The position numbers and the translations under genes are program-made. Under the pieces are notes generated by a model. That model was not told where the DNA came from. It saw nothing but the letters and a program-made list of their open reading frames with translations, and ran no database searches. From assembly GCA_964016885.1 (NCBI GenBank), contig OZ024757.1:7440001-7504000 (forward strand): a stretch of DNA of 64,000 bases, given 5' to 3'. Positions 1-15,000 of the stretch are shown here, in pieces (position 1 is the stretch's first letter; each line of letters begins with the position of its first letter). The stretch comes from Eledone cirrhosa (lineage: Eukaryota).

Positions 1-3000
1 GTACCTAGGACTACATTATATAATGTACAGTATAGTGGCTATCAGACATAGTGTACCTAGGACTACATTATCTAATGTACAGTATAGTGGCTATCAGACA
101 TAGTGTATCTAGGACTACATTATCTAATGTACAGTATAGTGGCTATCAGATATAGTGTATCTAGGACTACATTATCTAATGTACAGTATAGTGTCTATCA
201 GATATAGTGTACCTAGGACTACATTATCTAATGTACAGTATAGTGGCTATCAGACATAGTGTACCTAGGACTACATTATCTAATGTACAGTATAGTGGCT
301 ATCAGACATAGTGTATATAGGACTACATTATATAATGTACAGTATAGTGTCTATCAGACATAGTGTACCTCGGACTACATTATCTAATGTATAGTATAGT
401 GGCTATCAGACATAGTGTACCTAGGACTACATTATATAATGTACAGTATAGTGTCTATCAGACATAGTGTACCTAGGACTACATTATCTAATGTACAGTA
501 TAGTGGCTATCAGACATAGTGTACCTAGGACTACATTATCTAATGTATAGTATAGTGGTTATCAGACATAGTGTACCTAGGACTACATTATCTAATGTAC
601 AGTATAGTGGCTATCAGACATAGTGTATCTAGGACTACATTATCTAATGTATAGTATAGTGGCTATCAGACATAGTGTACCTAGGACTACATTATATAAT
701 GTACAGTATAGTGGCTATCAGACATAGTGTACCTAGGACTACATTATCTAATGTACAGTATAGTGGCTATCAGACATAGTGTACCTAGGACTCCATTATA
801 TAATGTAAAGTATGGTGGCTATCAAACATAGTGTACCTAGGACTACATTATCTAATGTACAGTATAGTGGCTATCAGACATAGTGTACCTAGGACTACAT
901 TATCTAATGTACAGTATAGTGGCTATCTGACATAGTGTACCTAGGACTACATTATCTAATGTACAGTATAGTGACTATCAGACATAGTGTATCTAGGACT
1001 ACATTATCTAATCTACAGTATAGTGGCTATCAGACATAGTGTACCTAGGACTACATTATCTAATGTACAGTATAGTGGCTATCAGACATAGTGTACCTAG
1101 GACTACATTATCTAATGTAGTGTATCTAAGACTACATTGTCTAATGTACAGTATAGTGGCTATCAGACGTAGTGTACCTAGGACTACATTATCTAATCTA
1201 CAGTATAGTGGCTATCAGACAGTGTATCTAAGACTACATTATCTAACGTACAGTATAGTGGCTATCAGACATAGTGTATCTAGGACTACATCATATAATG
1301 TACAGTATAGTGGCTATCAGACATAGTGTATCTAAGACTACATTATCTAATGTACAGTATAGTGGCTATCAGACATAGTGTACCTAGGACTACATTATCT
1401 AATGTACAGTATAGTGGCTATCAGATATAGTGTATCTAGGACTACATTATCTAATGTACAGTATAGTGGCTATCAGACGTAGTGTACCTAGGACTACATT
1501 ATCTAATCTACAGTATAGTGGCTATCAGACATAGTGTATCTAAGACTACATCATCTAATGTACAGTATAGTGGCTATCAGACATAGTGTATCTAGGACTA
1601 CATTATCTAATGTACAGTATAGTGGCTATCAGACGTAGTGTACCTAGGCCTACATTATATAATGTACAGTATAGTGGCTATCAGATATAGTGTATCTAGG
1701 ACTACATTATCTAATGTACAGTATAGTGTCTATCAGACATAGTGTACCTAGGCCTACATTATATAATGTACAGTATAGTGGCTATCAGATATAGTGTATC
1801 TAGGACTACATTATCTAATGTACAGTATAGTGTCTATCAGACATAGTGTACCTAGGACTACATTATATAATGTACAGTATAGTGGCTATCAGATATAGTG
1901 TATCTAGGACTACATTATCTAATGTACAGTATAGTGGCTATCAGACATAGTGTATCTAGGCCTACATTATCTAATGTACAGTATAGTGGCTATCAGATAT
2001 AGTGTAACTAGACTACATTATGTAATGTACAGTATAGTGGCTATCAGACATAGTGTACCTAGGACTACATTATCTAATGTACAGTATAGTGGCTATCAGA
2101 TATAGTGTACCTAGACTACATTATGTAATGTACAGTATAGTAGCTATCAGATATAGTGTACCTAGACTACATTATGTAATGTACAGTATAGTGGCTATCA
2201 GACATAGTGTACATAGACTACATTATGTAATGTACAGTATAGTGTCTATCAGACAGAGTGTACCTAGGACTACATTATCTAATGTACAGTATAGTGGCTA
2301 TCAGACATAGTGTACTTAGGACTACATTATCTAATGTACAGTATAGTGGCTATCAGACATAGTGTATCTAGGACTACATTATCTAATGTACAGTATAGTG
2401 GCTATCAGACATAGTGTACCTAGGACTACATTATATAATGTACAGTATAGTGGCTATCAGACATAGTGTACCTAGGACTACATTATCTAATGTACAGTAT
2501 AGTGGCTATCAGACATAGTGTATCTAGGACTACATTATCTAATGTACAGTATAGTGTCTATCAGACATAGTGTACCTAGGACTACATTATATAATGTACA
2601 GTATAGTGGCTATCAGACATAGTGTACCTAGGACTACATTATCTAATGTACAGTATAGTGGCTATCAGACATAGTGTATCTAGGACTACATTATCTAATG
2701 TACAGTATAGTGGCTATCAGATATAGTGTATCTAGGACTACATTATCTAATGTACAGTATAGTGTCTATCAGATATAGTGTACCTAGGACTACATTATCT
2801 AATGTACAGTATAGTGGCTATCAGACATAGTGTACCTAGGACTACATTATCTAATGTACAGTATAGTGGCTATCAGACATAGTGTATATAGGACTACATT
2901 ATATAATGTACAGTATAGTGTCTATCAGACATAGTGTACCTCGGACTACATTATCTAATGTACAGTATAGTGGCTATAAAAACAGTGTACCTAGGACTAC

Positions 3001-6000
3001 ATTATCTAATGTACAGTATAGTGGCTATCAGACATAGTGTACCTAGGACTACATTATCTAATGTACAGTATAGTGGCTATCAGACATAGTGTACCTAGGA
3101 CTACATTATCTAATGTATAGTATAGTGGTTATCAGACATAGTGTACATAGGACTACATTATCTAATGTACAGTATAGTGGCTATCAGACATAGTGTATCT
3201 AGGACTACATTATCTAATGTATAGTATAGTGGCTATCAGACATAGTGTATCTAGGACTACATTATCTAATCTACAGTATAGTGGCTATCAGACATAGTGT
3301 ACCTAGGACTACATTATCTAATGTACAGTATAGTGGCTATCAGACATAGTGTACCTAGGACTACATTATCTAATGTAGTGTATCTAAGACTACATTGTCT
3401 AATGTACAGTATAGTGGCTATCAGACGTAGTGTACCTAGGACTACATTATCTAATCTACAGTATAGTGGCTATCAGACAGTGTATCTAAGACTACATTAT
3501 CTAACGTACAGTATAGTGGCTATCAGACATAGTGTATCTAGGACTACATCATATAATGTACAGTATAGTGGCTATCAGACATAGTGTATCTAAGACTACA
3601 TTATCTAATGTACAGTATAGTGGCTATCAGACATAGTGTACCTAGGACTACATTATCTAATGTACAGTATAGTGGCTATCAGATATAGTGTATCTAGGAC
3701 TACATTATCTAATGTACAGTATAGTGGCTATCAGACGTAGTGTACCTAGGACTACATTATCTAATCTACAGTATAGTGGCTATCAGACATAGTGTATCTA
3801 AGACTACATCATCTAATGTACAGTATAGTGGCTATCAGACATAGTGTACCTAGGACTACATTATGTAATGTACAGTATAGTGGCTATCAGACATAGTGTA
3901 CCTAGGACTACATTATCTAATGTACAGTATAGTGGCTATCAGATATAGTGTACCTAGACTACATTATGTAATGTACAGTATAGTGGCTATCAGACATAGT
4001 GTACCTAGGACTACATTATCTAATGTACAGTATAGTGGCTATCAGATATAGTGTACATAGACTACATTATGTAATGTACAGTATAGTGTCTATCAGACAG
4101 AGTGTACCTAGGACTACATTATCTAATGTACAGTATAGTGGCTATCAGACATAGTGTATCTAGGACTACATTATCTAATGTACAGTATAGTGTCTATCAG
4201 ACATAGTGTATCTAGGACTACATTATCTAATGTACAGTATAGTGGCTATCAGACATAGTGTACCTAGGACTACATTATCTAATGTACAGTATAGTGGCTA
4301 TCAGATATAGTGTACCTAGGACTACATTATCTAATGTACAGTATACTGGCTATCAGACATAGTGTACCTAAGACTACATTATCTAATGTACAGTATAGTG
4401 GCTATCAGACATAGTGTATCTAGGACTACATTATCTAATGTACAGTATAGTGGCTATCAGACATAGTGTACCTAGGACTACATTATCTAATGTACAGTAT
4501 AGTGGCTATCAGACATAGTGTACTTAGGACTACATTATCTAATGTACAGTATAGTAGCTATCAGACATAGTGTACTTAGGACTACATTATCTAATGTACA
4601 GTATAGTGTCTATCAGACATAGTGTACCTAGGACTACATTATATAATGTACAGTATAGTGGCTATCAGACATAGTGTACCTAGGACTACATTATCTAATG
4701 TACAGTATAGTGGCTATCAGACATAGTGTATCTAGGACTACATTATCTAATGTACAGTATAGTGGCTATCAGATATAGTGTATCTAGGACTACATTATCT
4801 AATGTACAGTATAGTGTCTATCAGATATAGTGTACCTAGGACTACATTATCTAATGTACAGTATAGTGGCTATCAGACATAGTGTACCTAGGACTACATT
4901 ATCTAATGTACAGTATAGTGGCTATCAGACATAGTGTATATAGGACTACATTATATAATGTACAGTATAGTGTCTATCAGACATAGTGTACCTCGGACTA
5001 CATTATCTAATGTATAGTATAGTGGCTATCAGACATAGTGTACCTAGGACTACATTATATAATGTACAGTATAGTGTCTATCAGACATAGTGTACCTAGG
5101 ACTACATTATCTAATGTACAGTATAGTGGCTATCAGACATAGTGTACCTAGGACTACATTATCTAATGTATAGTATAGTGGTTATCAGACATAGTGTACC
5201 TAGGACTACATTATCTAATGTACAGTATAGTGGCTATCAGACATAGTGTATCTAGGACTACATTATCTAATGTATAGTATAGTGGCTATCAGACATAGTG
5301 TACCTAGGACTACATTATATAATGTACAGTATAGTGGCTATCAGACATAGTGTACCTAGGACTACATTATCTAATGTACAGTATAGTGGCTATCAGACAT
5401 AGTGTACCTAGGACTCCATTATATAATGTAAAGTATGGTGGCTATCAAACATAGTGTACCTAGGACTACATTATCTAATGTACAGTATAGTGGCTATCAG
5501 ACATAGTGTACCTAGGACTACATTATCTAATGTACAGTATAGTGGCTATCTGACATAGTGTACCTAGGACTACATTATCTAATGTACAGTATAGTGACTA
5601 TCAGACATAGTGTATCTAGGACTACATTATCTAATCTACAGTATAGTGGCTATCAGACATAGTGTACCTAGGACTACATTATCTAATGTACAGTATAGTG
5701 GCTATCAGACATAGTGTACCTAGGACTACATTATCTAATGTAGTGTATCTAAGACTACATTGTCTAATGTACAGTATAGTGGCTATCAGACGTAGTGTAC
5801 CTAGGACTACATTATCTAATCTACAGTATAGTGGCTATCAGACAGTGTATCTAAGACTACATTATCTAACGTACAGTATAGTGGCTATCAGACATAGTGT
5901 ATCTAGGACTACATCATATAATGTACAGTATAGTGGCTATCAGACATAGTGTATCTAAGACTACATTATCTAATGTACAGTATAGTGGCTATCAGACATA

Positions 6001-9000
6001 GTGTACCTAGGACTACATTATCTAATGTACAGTATAGTGGCTATCAGATATAGTGTATCTAGGACTACATTATCTAATGTACAGTATAGTGGCTATCAGA
6101 CGTAGTGTACCTAGGACTACATTATCTAATCTACAGTATAGTGGCTATCAGACATAGTGTATCTAAGACTACATCATCTAATGTACAGTATAGTGGCTAT
6201 CAGACATAGTGTATCTAGGACTACATTATCTAATGTACAGTATAGTGGCTATCAGACGTAGTGTACCTAGGCCTACATTATATAATGTACAGTATAGTGG
6301 CTATCAGATATAGTGTATCTAGGACTACATTATCTAATGTACAGTATAGTGTCTATCAGACATAGTGTACCTAGGACTACATTATATAATGTACAGTATA
6401 GTGGCTATCAGACATAGTGTACCTAGGACTACATTATCTAATGTACAGTATAGTGGCTATCAGACATAGTGTATCTAGGACTACATTATCTAATGTACAG
6501 TATAGTGGCTATCAGATATAGTGTATCTAGGACTACATTATCTAATGTACAGTATAGTGTCTATCAGATATAGTGTACCTAGGACTACATTATCTAATGT
6601 ACAGTATAGTGGCTATCAGACATAGTGTACCTAGGACTACATTATCTAATGTACAGTATAGTGGCTATCAGACATAGTGTATATAGGACTACATTATATA
6701 ATGTACAGTATAGTGTCTATCAGACATAGTGTACCTCGGACTACATTATCTAATGTATAGTATAGTGGCTATCAGACATAGTGTACCTAGGACTACATTA
6801 TCTAATGTACAGTATAGTGTCTATCAGACATAGTGTACCTAGGACTACATTATCTAATGTACAGTATAGTGGCTATCAGACATAGTGTACCTAGGACTAC
6901 ATTATCTAATGTATAGTATAGTGGTTATCAGACATAGTGTACCTAGGACTACATTATCTAATGTACAGTATAGTGGCTATCAGACATAGTGTATCTAGGA
7001 CTACATTATCTAATGTATAGTATAGTGGCTATCAGACATAGTGTACCTAGGACTACATTATATAATGTACAGTATAGTGGCTATCAGACATAGTGTACCT
7101 AGGACTACATTATCTAATGTACAGTATAGTGGCTATCAGACATAGTGTACCTAGGACTCCATTATATAATGTACAGTATGGTGGCTATCAAACATAGTGT
7201 ACCTAGGACTACATTATCTAATGTACAGTATAGTGGCTATCAGACATAGTGTACCTAGGACTACATTATCTAATGTACAGTATAGTGGCTATCTGACATA
7301 GTGTACCTAGGACTACATTATCTAATGTACAGTATAGTGACTATCAGACATAGTGTATCTAGGACTACATTATCTAATCTACAGTATAGTGGCTATCAGA
7401 CATAGTGTACCTAGGACTACATTATCTAATGTACAGTATAGTGGCTATCAGACATAGTGTACCTAGGACTACATTATCTAATGTAGTGTATCTAAGACTA
7501 CATTGTCTAATGTACAGTATAGTGGCTATCAGACGTAGTGTACCTAGGACTACATTATCTAATCTACAGTATAGTGGCTATCAGACAGTGTATCTAAGAC
7601 TACATTATCTAACGTACAGTATAGTGGCTATCAGACATAGTGTATCTAGGACTACATCATATAATGTACAGTATAGTGGCTATCAGACATAGTGTATCTA
7701 AGACTACATTACCTAATGTACAGTATAGTGGCTATCAGACATAGTGTACCTAGGACTACATTATCTAATGTACAGTATAGTGGCTATCAGATATAGTGTA
7801 TCTAGGACTACATTATCTAATGTACAGTATAGTGGCTATCAGACGTAGTGTACCTAGGACTACATTATCTAATCTACAGTATAGTGTCTATCAGACATAG
7901 TGTATCTAATACTACATCATCTAATGTACAGTATAGTGGCTATCAGACATAGTGTATCTAGGACTACATTATCTAATGTACAGTATAGTGGCTATCAGAC
8001 GTAGTGTACCTAGGCCTACATTATATAATGTACAGTATAGTGGCTATCAGATATAGTGTATCTAGGACTACATTATCTAATGTACAGTATAGTGGCTATC
8101 AGACATAGTGTATCTAGGACTACATTATCTAATGTACAGTATAGTGGCTATCAGATATAGTGTACCTAGACTACATTATGTAATGTACAGTATAGTGGCT
8201 ATCAGACATAGTGTACCTAGGACTACATTATCTAATGTACAGTATAGTGGCTATCAGATATAGCGTACATAGACTACATTATGTAATGTACAGTATAGTG
8301 TCTATCAGACAGAGTGTACCTAGGACTACATTATCTAATGTACAGTATAGTGGCTATCAGACATAGTGTATCTAGGACTACATTATCTAATGTACAGTAT
8401 AGTGTCTATCAGACATAGTGTATCTAGGACTACATTATCTAATGTACAGTATAGTGGCTATCAGACATAGTGTACCTAGGACTACATTATCTAATGTACA
8501 GTATAGTGGCTATCAGATATAGTGTACCTAGGACTACATTATCTAATGTACAGTATACTGGCTATCAGACATAGTGTACCTAAGACTACATTATCTAATG
8601 TACAGTATAGTGGCTATCAGACATAGTGTATCTAGGACTACATGATCTAATGTACAGTATAGTGGCTATCAGACATAGTGTACCTAGGACTACATTGTAT
8701 AATGTACAGTATAGTGGTTATCAGACATAGTGTATCTAGGACTACATTATCTAATGTACAGTATACTGGCTATCAGACATAGTGTACCTAGGACTACATT
8801 ATCTAATGTACAGTATAGTGGCTATCAGACATAGTGTACTTAGGACTACATTATCTAATGTACAGTATAGTGTCTATCAGACATAGTGTATCTAGGACTA
8901 CATTATCTAATGTACAGTATAGTGGCTATCAGACATAGTGTACCTAGGACTACATTATCTAATGTACAGCATAGTAGCTATCAGACATAGTGTACTTAGG

Positions 9001-12000
9001 ACTACATTATCTAATGTACAGTATAGTGTCTATCAGACATATTGTACCTAGGACTACGTTATATAATGTACAGTATAGTGGCTATCAGACATAGTGTACC
9101 TAGGACTACATTATCTAATGTACAGTATAGTGGCTATCAGACATAGTGTATATAGGACTACATTATATAATGTACAGTATAGTGTCTATCAGACATAGTG
9201 TACCTCGGACTACATTATCTAATGTACAGTATAGTGGCTATAAAAACAGTGTACCTAGGACTACATTATCTAATGTACAGTATAGTGGCTATCAGACATA
9301 GTGTAGCTAGGACTACATTATCTAATGTACAGTATAGTGGCTATCAGACATAGTGTACCTAGGACTACATTACATAATGTACAGTATAGTGGCTATCAAA
9401 TATAGTGTATCTAGGACTACATTATCTAATCTACAGTATAGTGGCTATCAGACATAGTGTATCTAAGACTACATTATCTAATGTACAGTATAGTGGCTAT
9501 CAGACATAGTGTATCTAGGACTACATTATCTAATGTACAGTATAGTGTCTATCAGACATAGTGTACCTAGGACTACATTATCTAATGTACAGTATAGTGG
9601 CTATCAGACATAGTGTACCTAGGACTACATTATATAATGTACAGTATAGTGGCTATCAGATATAGTGTATCTAGGACTACATTATCTAATGTACAGTATA
9701 GTGGCTATCAGACATAGTGTATCTAGGCCTACATTATCTAATGTACAGTATAGTGGCTATCAGATATAGTGTAACTAGACTACATTATGTAATGTACAGT
9801 ATAGTGGCTATCAGACATAGTGTACCTAGGACTACATTATCTAATGTACAGTATAGTGGCTATCAGATATAGTGTACCTAGACTACATTATGTAATGTAC
9901 AGTATAGTAGCTATCAGATATAGTGTACCTAGACTACATTATGTAATGTACAGTATAGTGGCTATCAGACATAGTGTACATAGACTACATTATGTAATGT
10001 ACAGTATAGTGTCTATCAGACAGAGTGTACCTAGGACTACATTATCTAATGTACAGTATAGTGGCTATCAGACATAGTGTACTTAGGACTACATTATCTA
10101 ATGTACAGTATAGTGGCTATCAGACATAGTGTATCTAGGACTACATTATCTAATGTACAGTATAGTGGCTATCAGACATAGTGTACCTAGGACTACATTA
10201 TATAATGTACAGTATAGTGGCTATCAGACATAGTGTACCTAGGACTACATTATCTAATGTACAGTATAGTGGCTATCAGACATAGTGTATCTAGGACTAC
10301 ATTATCTAATGTACAGTATAGTGTCTATCAGACATAGTGTACCTAGGACTACATTATATAATGTACAGTATAGTGGCTATCAGACATAGTGTACCTAGGA
10401 CTACATTATCTAATGTACAGTATAGTGGCTATCAGACATAGTGTATCTAGGACTACATTATCTAATGTACAGTATAGTGGCTATCAGATATAGTGTATCT
10501 AGGACTACATTATCTAATGTACAGTATAGTGTCTATCAGATATAGTGTACCTAGGACTACATTATCTAATGTACAGTATAGTGGCTATCAGACATAGTGT
10601 ACCTAGGACTACATTATCTAATGTACAGTATAGTGGCTATCAGACATAGTGTATATAGGACTACATTATATAATGTACAGTATAGTGTCTATCAGACATA
10701 GTGTACCTCGGACTACATTATCTAATGTACAGTATAGTGGCTATAAAAACAGTGTACCTAGGACTACATTATCTAATGTACAGTATAGTGGCTATCAGAC
10801 ATAGTGTACCTAGGACTACATTATCTAATGTACAGTATAGTGGCTATCAGACATAGTGTACCTAGGACTACATTATCTAATGTATAGTATAGTGGTTATC
10901 AGACATAGTGTACATAGGACTACATTATCTAATGTACAGTATAGTGGCTATCAGACATAGTGTATCTAGGACTACATTATCTAATGTATAGTATAGTGGC
11001 TATCAGACATAGTGTACCTAGGACTACATTATATAATGTACAGTATAGTGGCTATTAGACATAGTGTACCTAGGACTACATTATCTAATGTACAGTATAG
11101 TGGCTATCAGACATAGTGTACCTAGGACTACATTATCTAATGTATAGTATAGTGGTTATCAGACATAGTGTACCTAGGACTACATTATCTAATGTACAGT
11201 ATAGTGGCTATCAGACATAGTGTATCTAGGACTACATTATCTAATGTATAGTATAGTGGCTATCAGACATAGTGTACCTAGGACTACATTATATAATGTA
11301 CAGTATAGTGGCTATCAGACATAGTGTACCTAGGACTACATTATCTAATGTACAGTATAGTGGCTATCAGACATAGTGTACCTAGGACTCCATTATATAA
11401 TGTACAGTATGGTGGCTATCAAACATAGTGTACCTAGGACTACATTATCTAATGTACAGTATAGTGGCTATCAGACATAGTGTACCTAGGACTACATTAT
11501 CTAATGTACAGTATAGTGGCTATCTGACATAGTGTACCTAGGACTACATTATCTAATGTACAGTATAGTGACTATCAGACATAGTGTATCTAGGACTACA
11601 TTATCTAATCTACAGTATAGTGGCTATCAGACATAGTGTACCTAGGACTACATTATCTAATGTACAGTATAGTGGCTATCAGACATAGTGTACCTAGGAC
11701 TACATTATCTAATGTACAGTATAGTGACTATCAGACATAGTGTATCTAACACTACATTATCTAATGTACAGTATAGTGGCTATCAGACGTAGTGTACCTA
11801 GGACTACATTATCTAATCTACAGTATAGTGGCTATCAGACATAGTGTATCTAAGACTACATTATCTAACGTACAGTATAGTGGCTATCAGACATAGTGTA
11901 TCTAGGACTACATCATATAATGTACAGTATAGTGGCTATCAGACATAGTGTATCTAAGACTACATTATCTAATGTACAGTATAGTGGCTATCAGACATAG

Positions 12001-15000
12001 TGTACCTAGGACTACATTATCTAATGTACAGTATAGTGGCTATCAGATATAGTGTATCTAGGACTACATTATCTAATGTACAGTATAGTGGCTATCAGAC
12101 GTAGTGTACCTAGGACTACATTATCTAATCTACAGTATAGTGGCTATCAGACATAGTGTATCTAAGACTACATCATCTAATGTACAGTATAGTGGCTATC
12201 AGACATAGTGTATCTAGGACTACATTATCTAATGTACAGTATAGTGGCTATCAGACGTAGTGTACCTAGGCCTACATTATATAATGTACAGTATAGTGGC
12301 TATCAGATATAGTGTATCTAGGACTACATTATCTAATGTACAGTATAGTGGCTATCAGACATAGTGTATCTAGGACTACATTATCTAATGTACAGTATAG
12401 TGGCTATCAGATATAGTGTACCTAGGACTACATTATCTAATGTACAGTATACTGGCTATCAGACATAGTGTACCTAAGACTACATTATCTAATGTACAGT
12501 ATAGTGGCTATCAGACATAGTGTATCTAGGACTACATTATCTAATGTACAGTATAGTGGCTATCAGACATAGTGTACCTAGGACTACATTGTATAATGTA
12601 CAGTATAGTGGCTATCAGACATAGTGTATCTAGGACTACATTATCTAATGTACAGTATAGTGGCTATCAGACATAGTGTACCTAGGACTACATTATCTAA
12701 TGTACAGTATAGTGGCTATCAGACATAGTGTACTTAGGACTACATTATCTAATGTACAGTATAGTGTCTATCAGACAGTGTACCTAGGACTACATTATCT
12801 AATGTACAGTATAGTGTCTATCAGACATAGTGTATCTAGGACTACATTATCTAATGTACAGTATAGTGGCTATCAGACATAGTGTACCTAGGACTACATT
12901 ATCTAATGTACAGTATAGTAGCTATCAGACATAGTGTACTTAGGACTACATTATCTAATGTACAGTATAGTGTCTATCAGACATATTGTACCTAGGACTA
13001 CGTTATATAATGTACAGTATAGTGGCTATCAGACATAGTGTACCTAGGACTACATTATCTAATGTACAGTATAGTGGCTATCAGACATAGTGTATATAGG
13101 ACTACATTATATAATGTACAGTATAGTGTCTATCAGACATAGTGTACCTCGGACTACATTATCTAATGTACAGTATAGTGGCTATAAAAACAGTGTACCT
13201 AGGACTACATTATCTAATGTACAGTATAGTGGCTATCAGACATAGTGTAGCTAGGACTACATTATCTAATGTACAGTATAGTGGCTATCAGACATAGTGT
13301 ACCTAGGACTACATTATATAATGTACAGTATAGTGGCTATCAGACATAGTGTATCTAAGACTACATTATCTAATGTACAGTATAGTGGCTATCAGACATA
13401 GTGTATCTAGGACTACATTATATAATGTACAGTATAGTGGCTATCAGACATAGTGTATCTAAGACTACATTATCTAACGTACAGTAAAGTGGCTATCAGA
13501 CGTAGTGTACCTAGGACTACATTATCTAATCTACAGTATAGTGGCTATCAGACATAGTGTATCTAAGACTACATTATCTAATCTACAATATAGTGGCTAT
13601 CAGACATAGTGTATCTAGGACTACATTATATAATGTACAGTATAGTGGCTATCAGACATAGTGTATCTAAGACTACATTATCTAATGTAGAGTATAGTGG
13701 CTATCAGACATAGTGTACCTAGGACTACATTATCTAATGTACAGTATAGTGGCTATCAGATATAGTGTATCTAGGACTACATTATCTAATGTACAGTATA
13801 GTGGCTATCAGACGTAGTGTACCTAGGACTACATTATCTAATGTACAGTATAGTGGCTATCAGACATAGTGTATCTAGGACTACATTATCTAATGTACAG
13901 TATAGTGTCTATCAGACATAGTGTACCTAGGACTACATTATCTAATGTACAGTATAGTGGCTATCAGACATAGTGTACCTAGGACTACATTATCTAATGT
14001 ACAGTATAGTGGCTATCAGACATAGTGTATATAGGACTACATTATATAATGTACAGTATAGTGTCTATCAGACATAGTGTACCTCGGACTACATTATCTA
14101 ATGTACAGTATAGTGACTATAAAAACAGTGTACCTAGGACTACATTATCTAATGTACAGTATAGTGGCTATCAGACATAGTTTACCTAGGACTACATTAT
14201 CTAATGTACAGTATAGTGGCTATCAGACATAGTGTACCTAGGACTACATTATATAATGTACAGTATAGTGGCTATCAAATATAGTGTATCTAGGACTACA
14301 TTATCTAATGTACAGTATAGTGGCTATCAGACATAGTGTACCTAGGGCTACATTATATAACGTACAGTATAGTGGCTATCAGACATAGTGTACCTAGGAC
14401 TACATTATATAACGTACAGTATAGTGGCTATCAGACATAGTGTACCTAGGACTACATTATCTAATGTACAGTATAGTGGCTATCAGACATAGTGTACCTA
14501 GGACTACATTATCTAATGTATAGTATAGTGGTTATCAGACATAGTGTACCTAGGACTACATTATCTAATGTACAGTATAGTGGCTATCAGACATAGTGTA
14601 CCTAGGACTACATTATCTAATGTACAGTATAGTGGCTATCAGACATAGTGTACCTAGGACTACATTAGCTAATGTACAGTATAGTGGCTATCTGACATAG
14701 TGTACCTAGTACTACATTATCTAATGTACAGTATAGTGACTATCAGACATAGTGTATCTAGGACTACATTATCTAATCTACAGTATAGTGGCTATCAGAC
14801 ATAGTGTACCTAGGACTACATTATCTAATGTACAGTATAGTGGCTATCAGACATAGTGTACCTAGGACTACATTATCTAATGTACAGTATAGTGGCTATC
14901 AGACATAGTGTACCTAGGACTACATTATCTAATGTACAGTATAGTGACTATCAGACATAGTGTATCTAAGACTACATTATCTAATGTACAGTATAGTGGC

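Noticed and set aside
1-52. Hammerhead ribozyme in the satellite monomer (minus-strand CTGATAG)
   Set aside because: There is no GAAA and no compatible stems.
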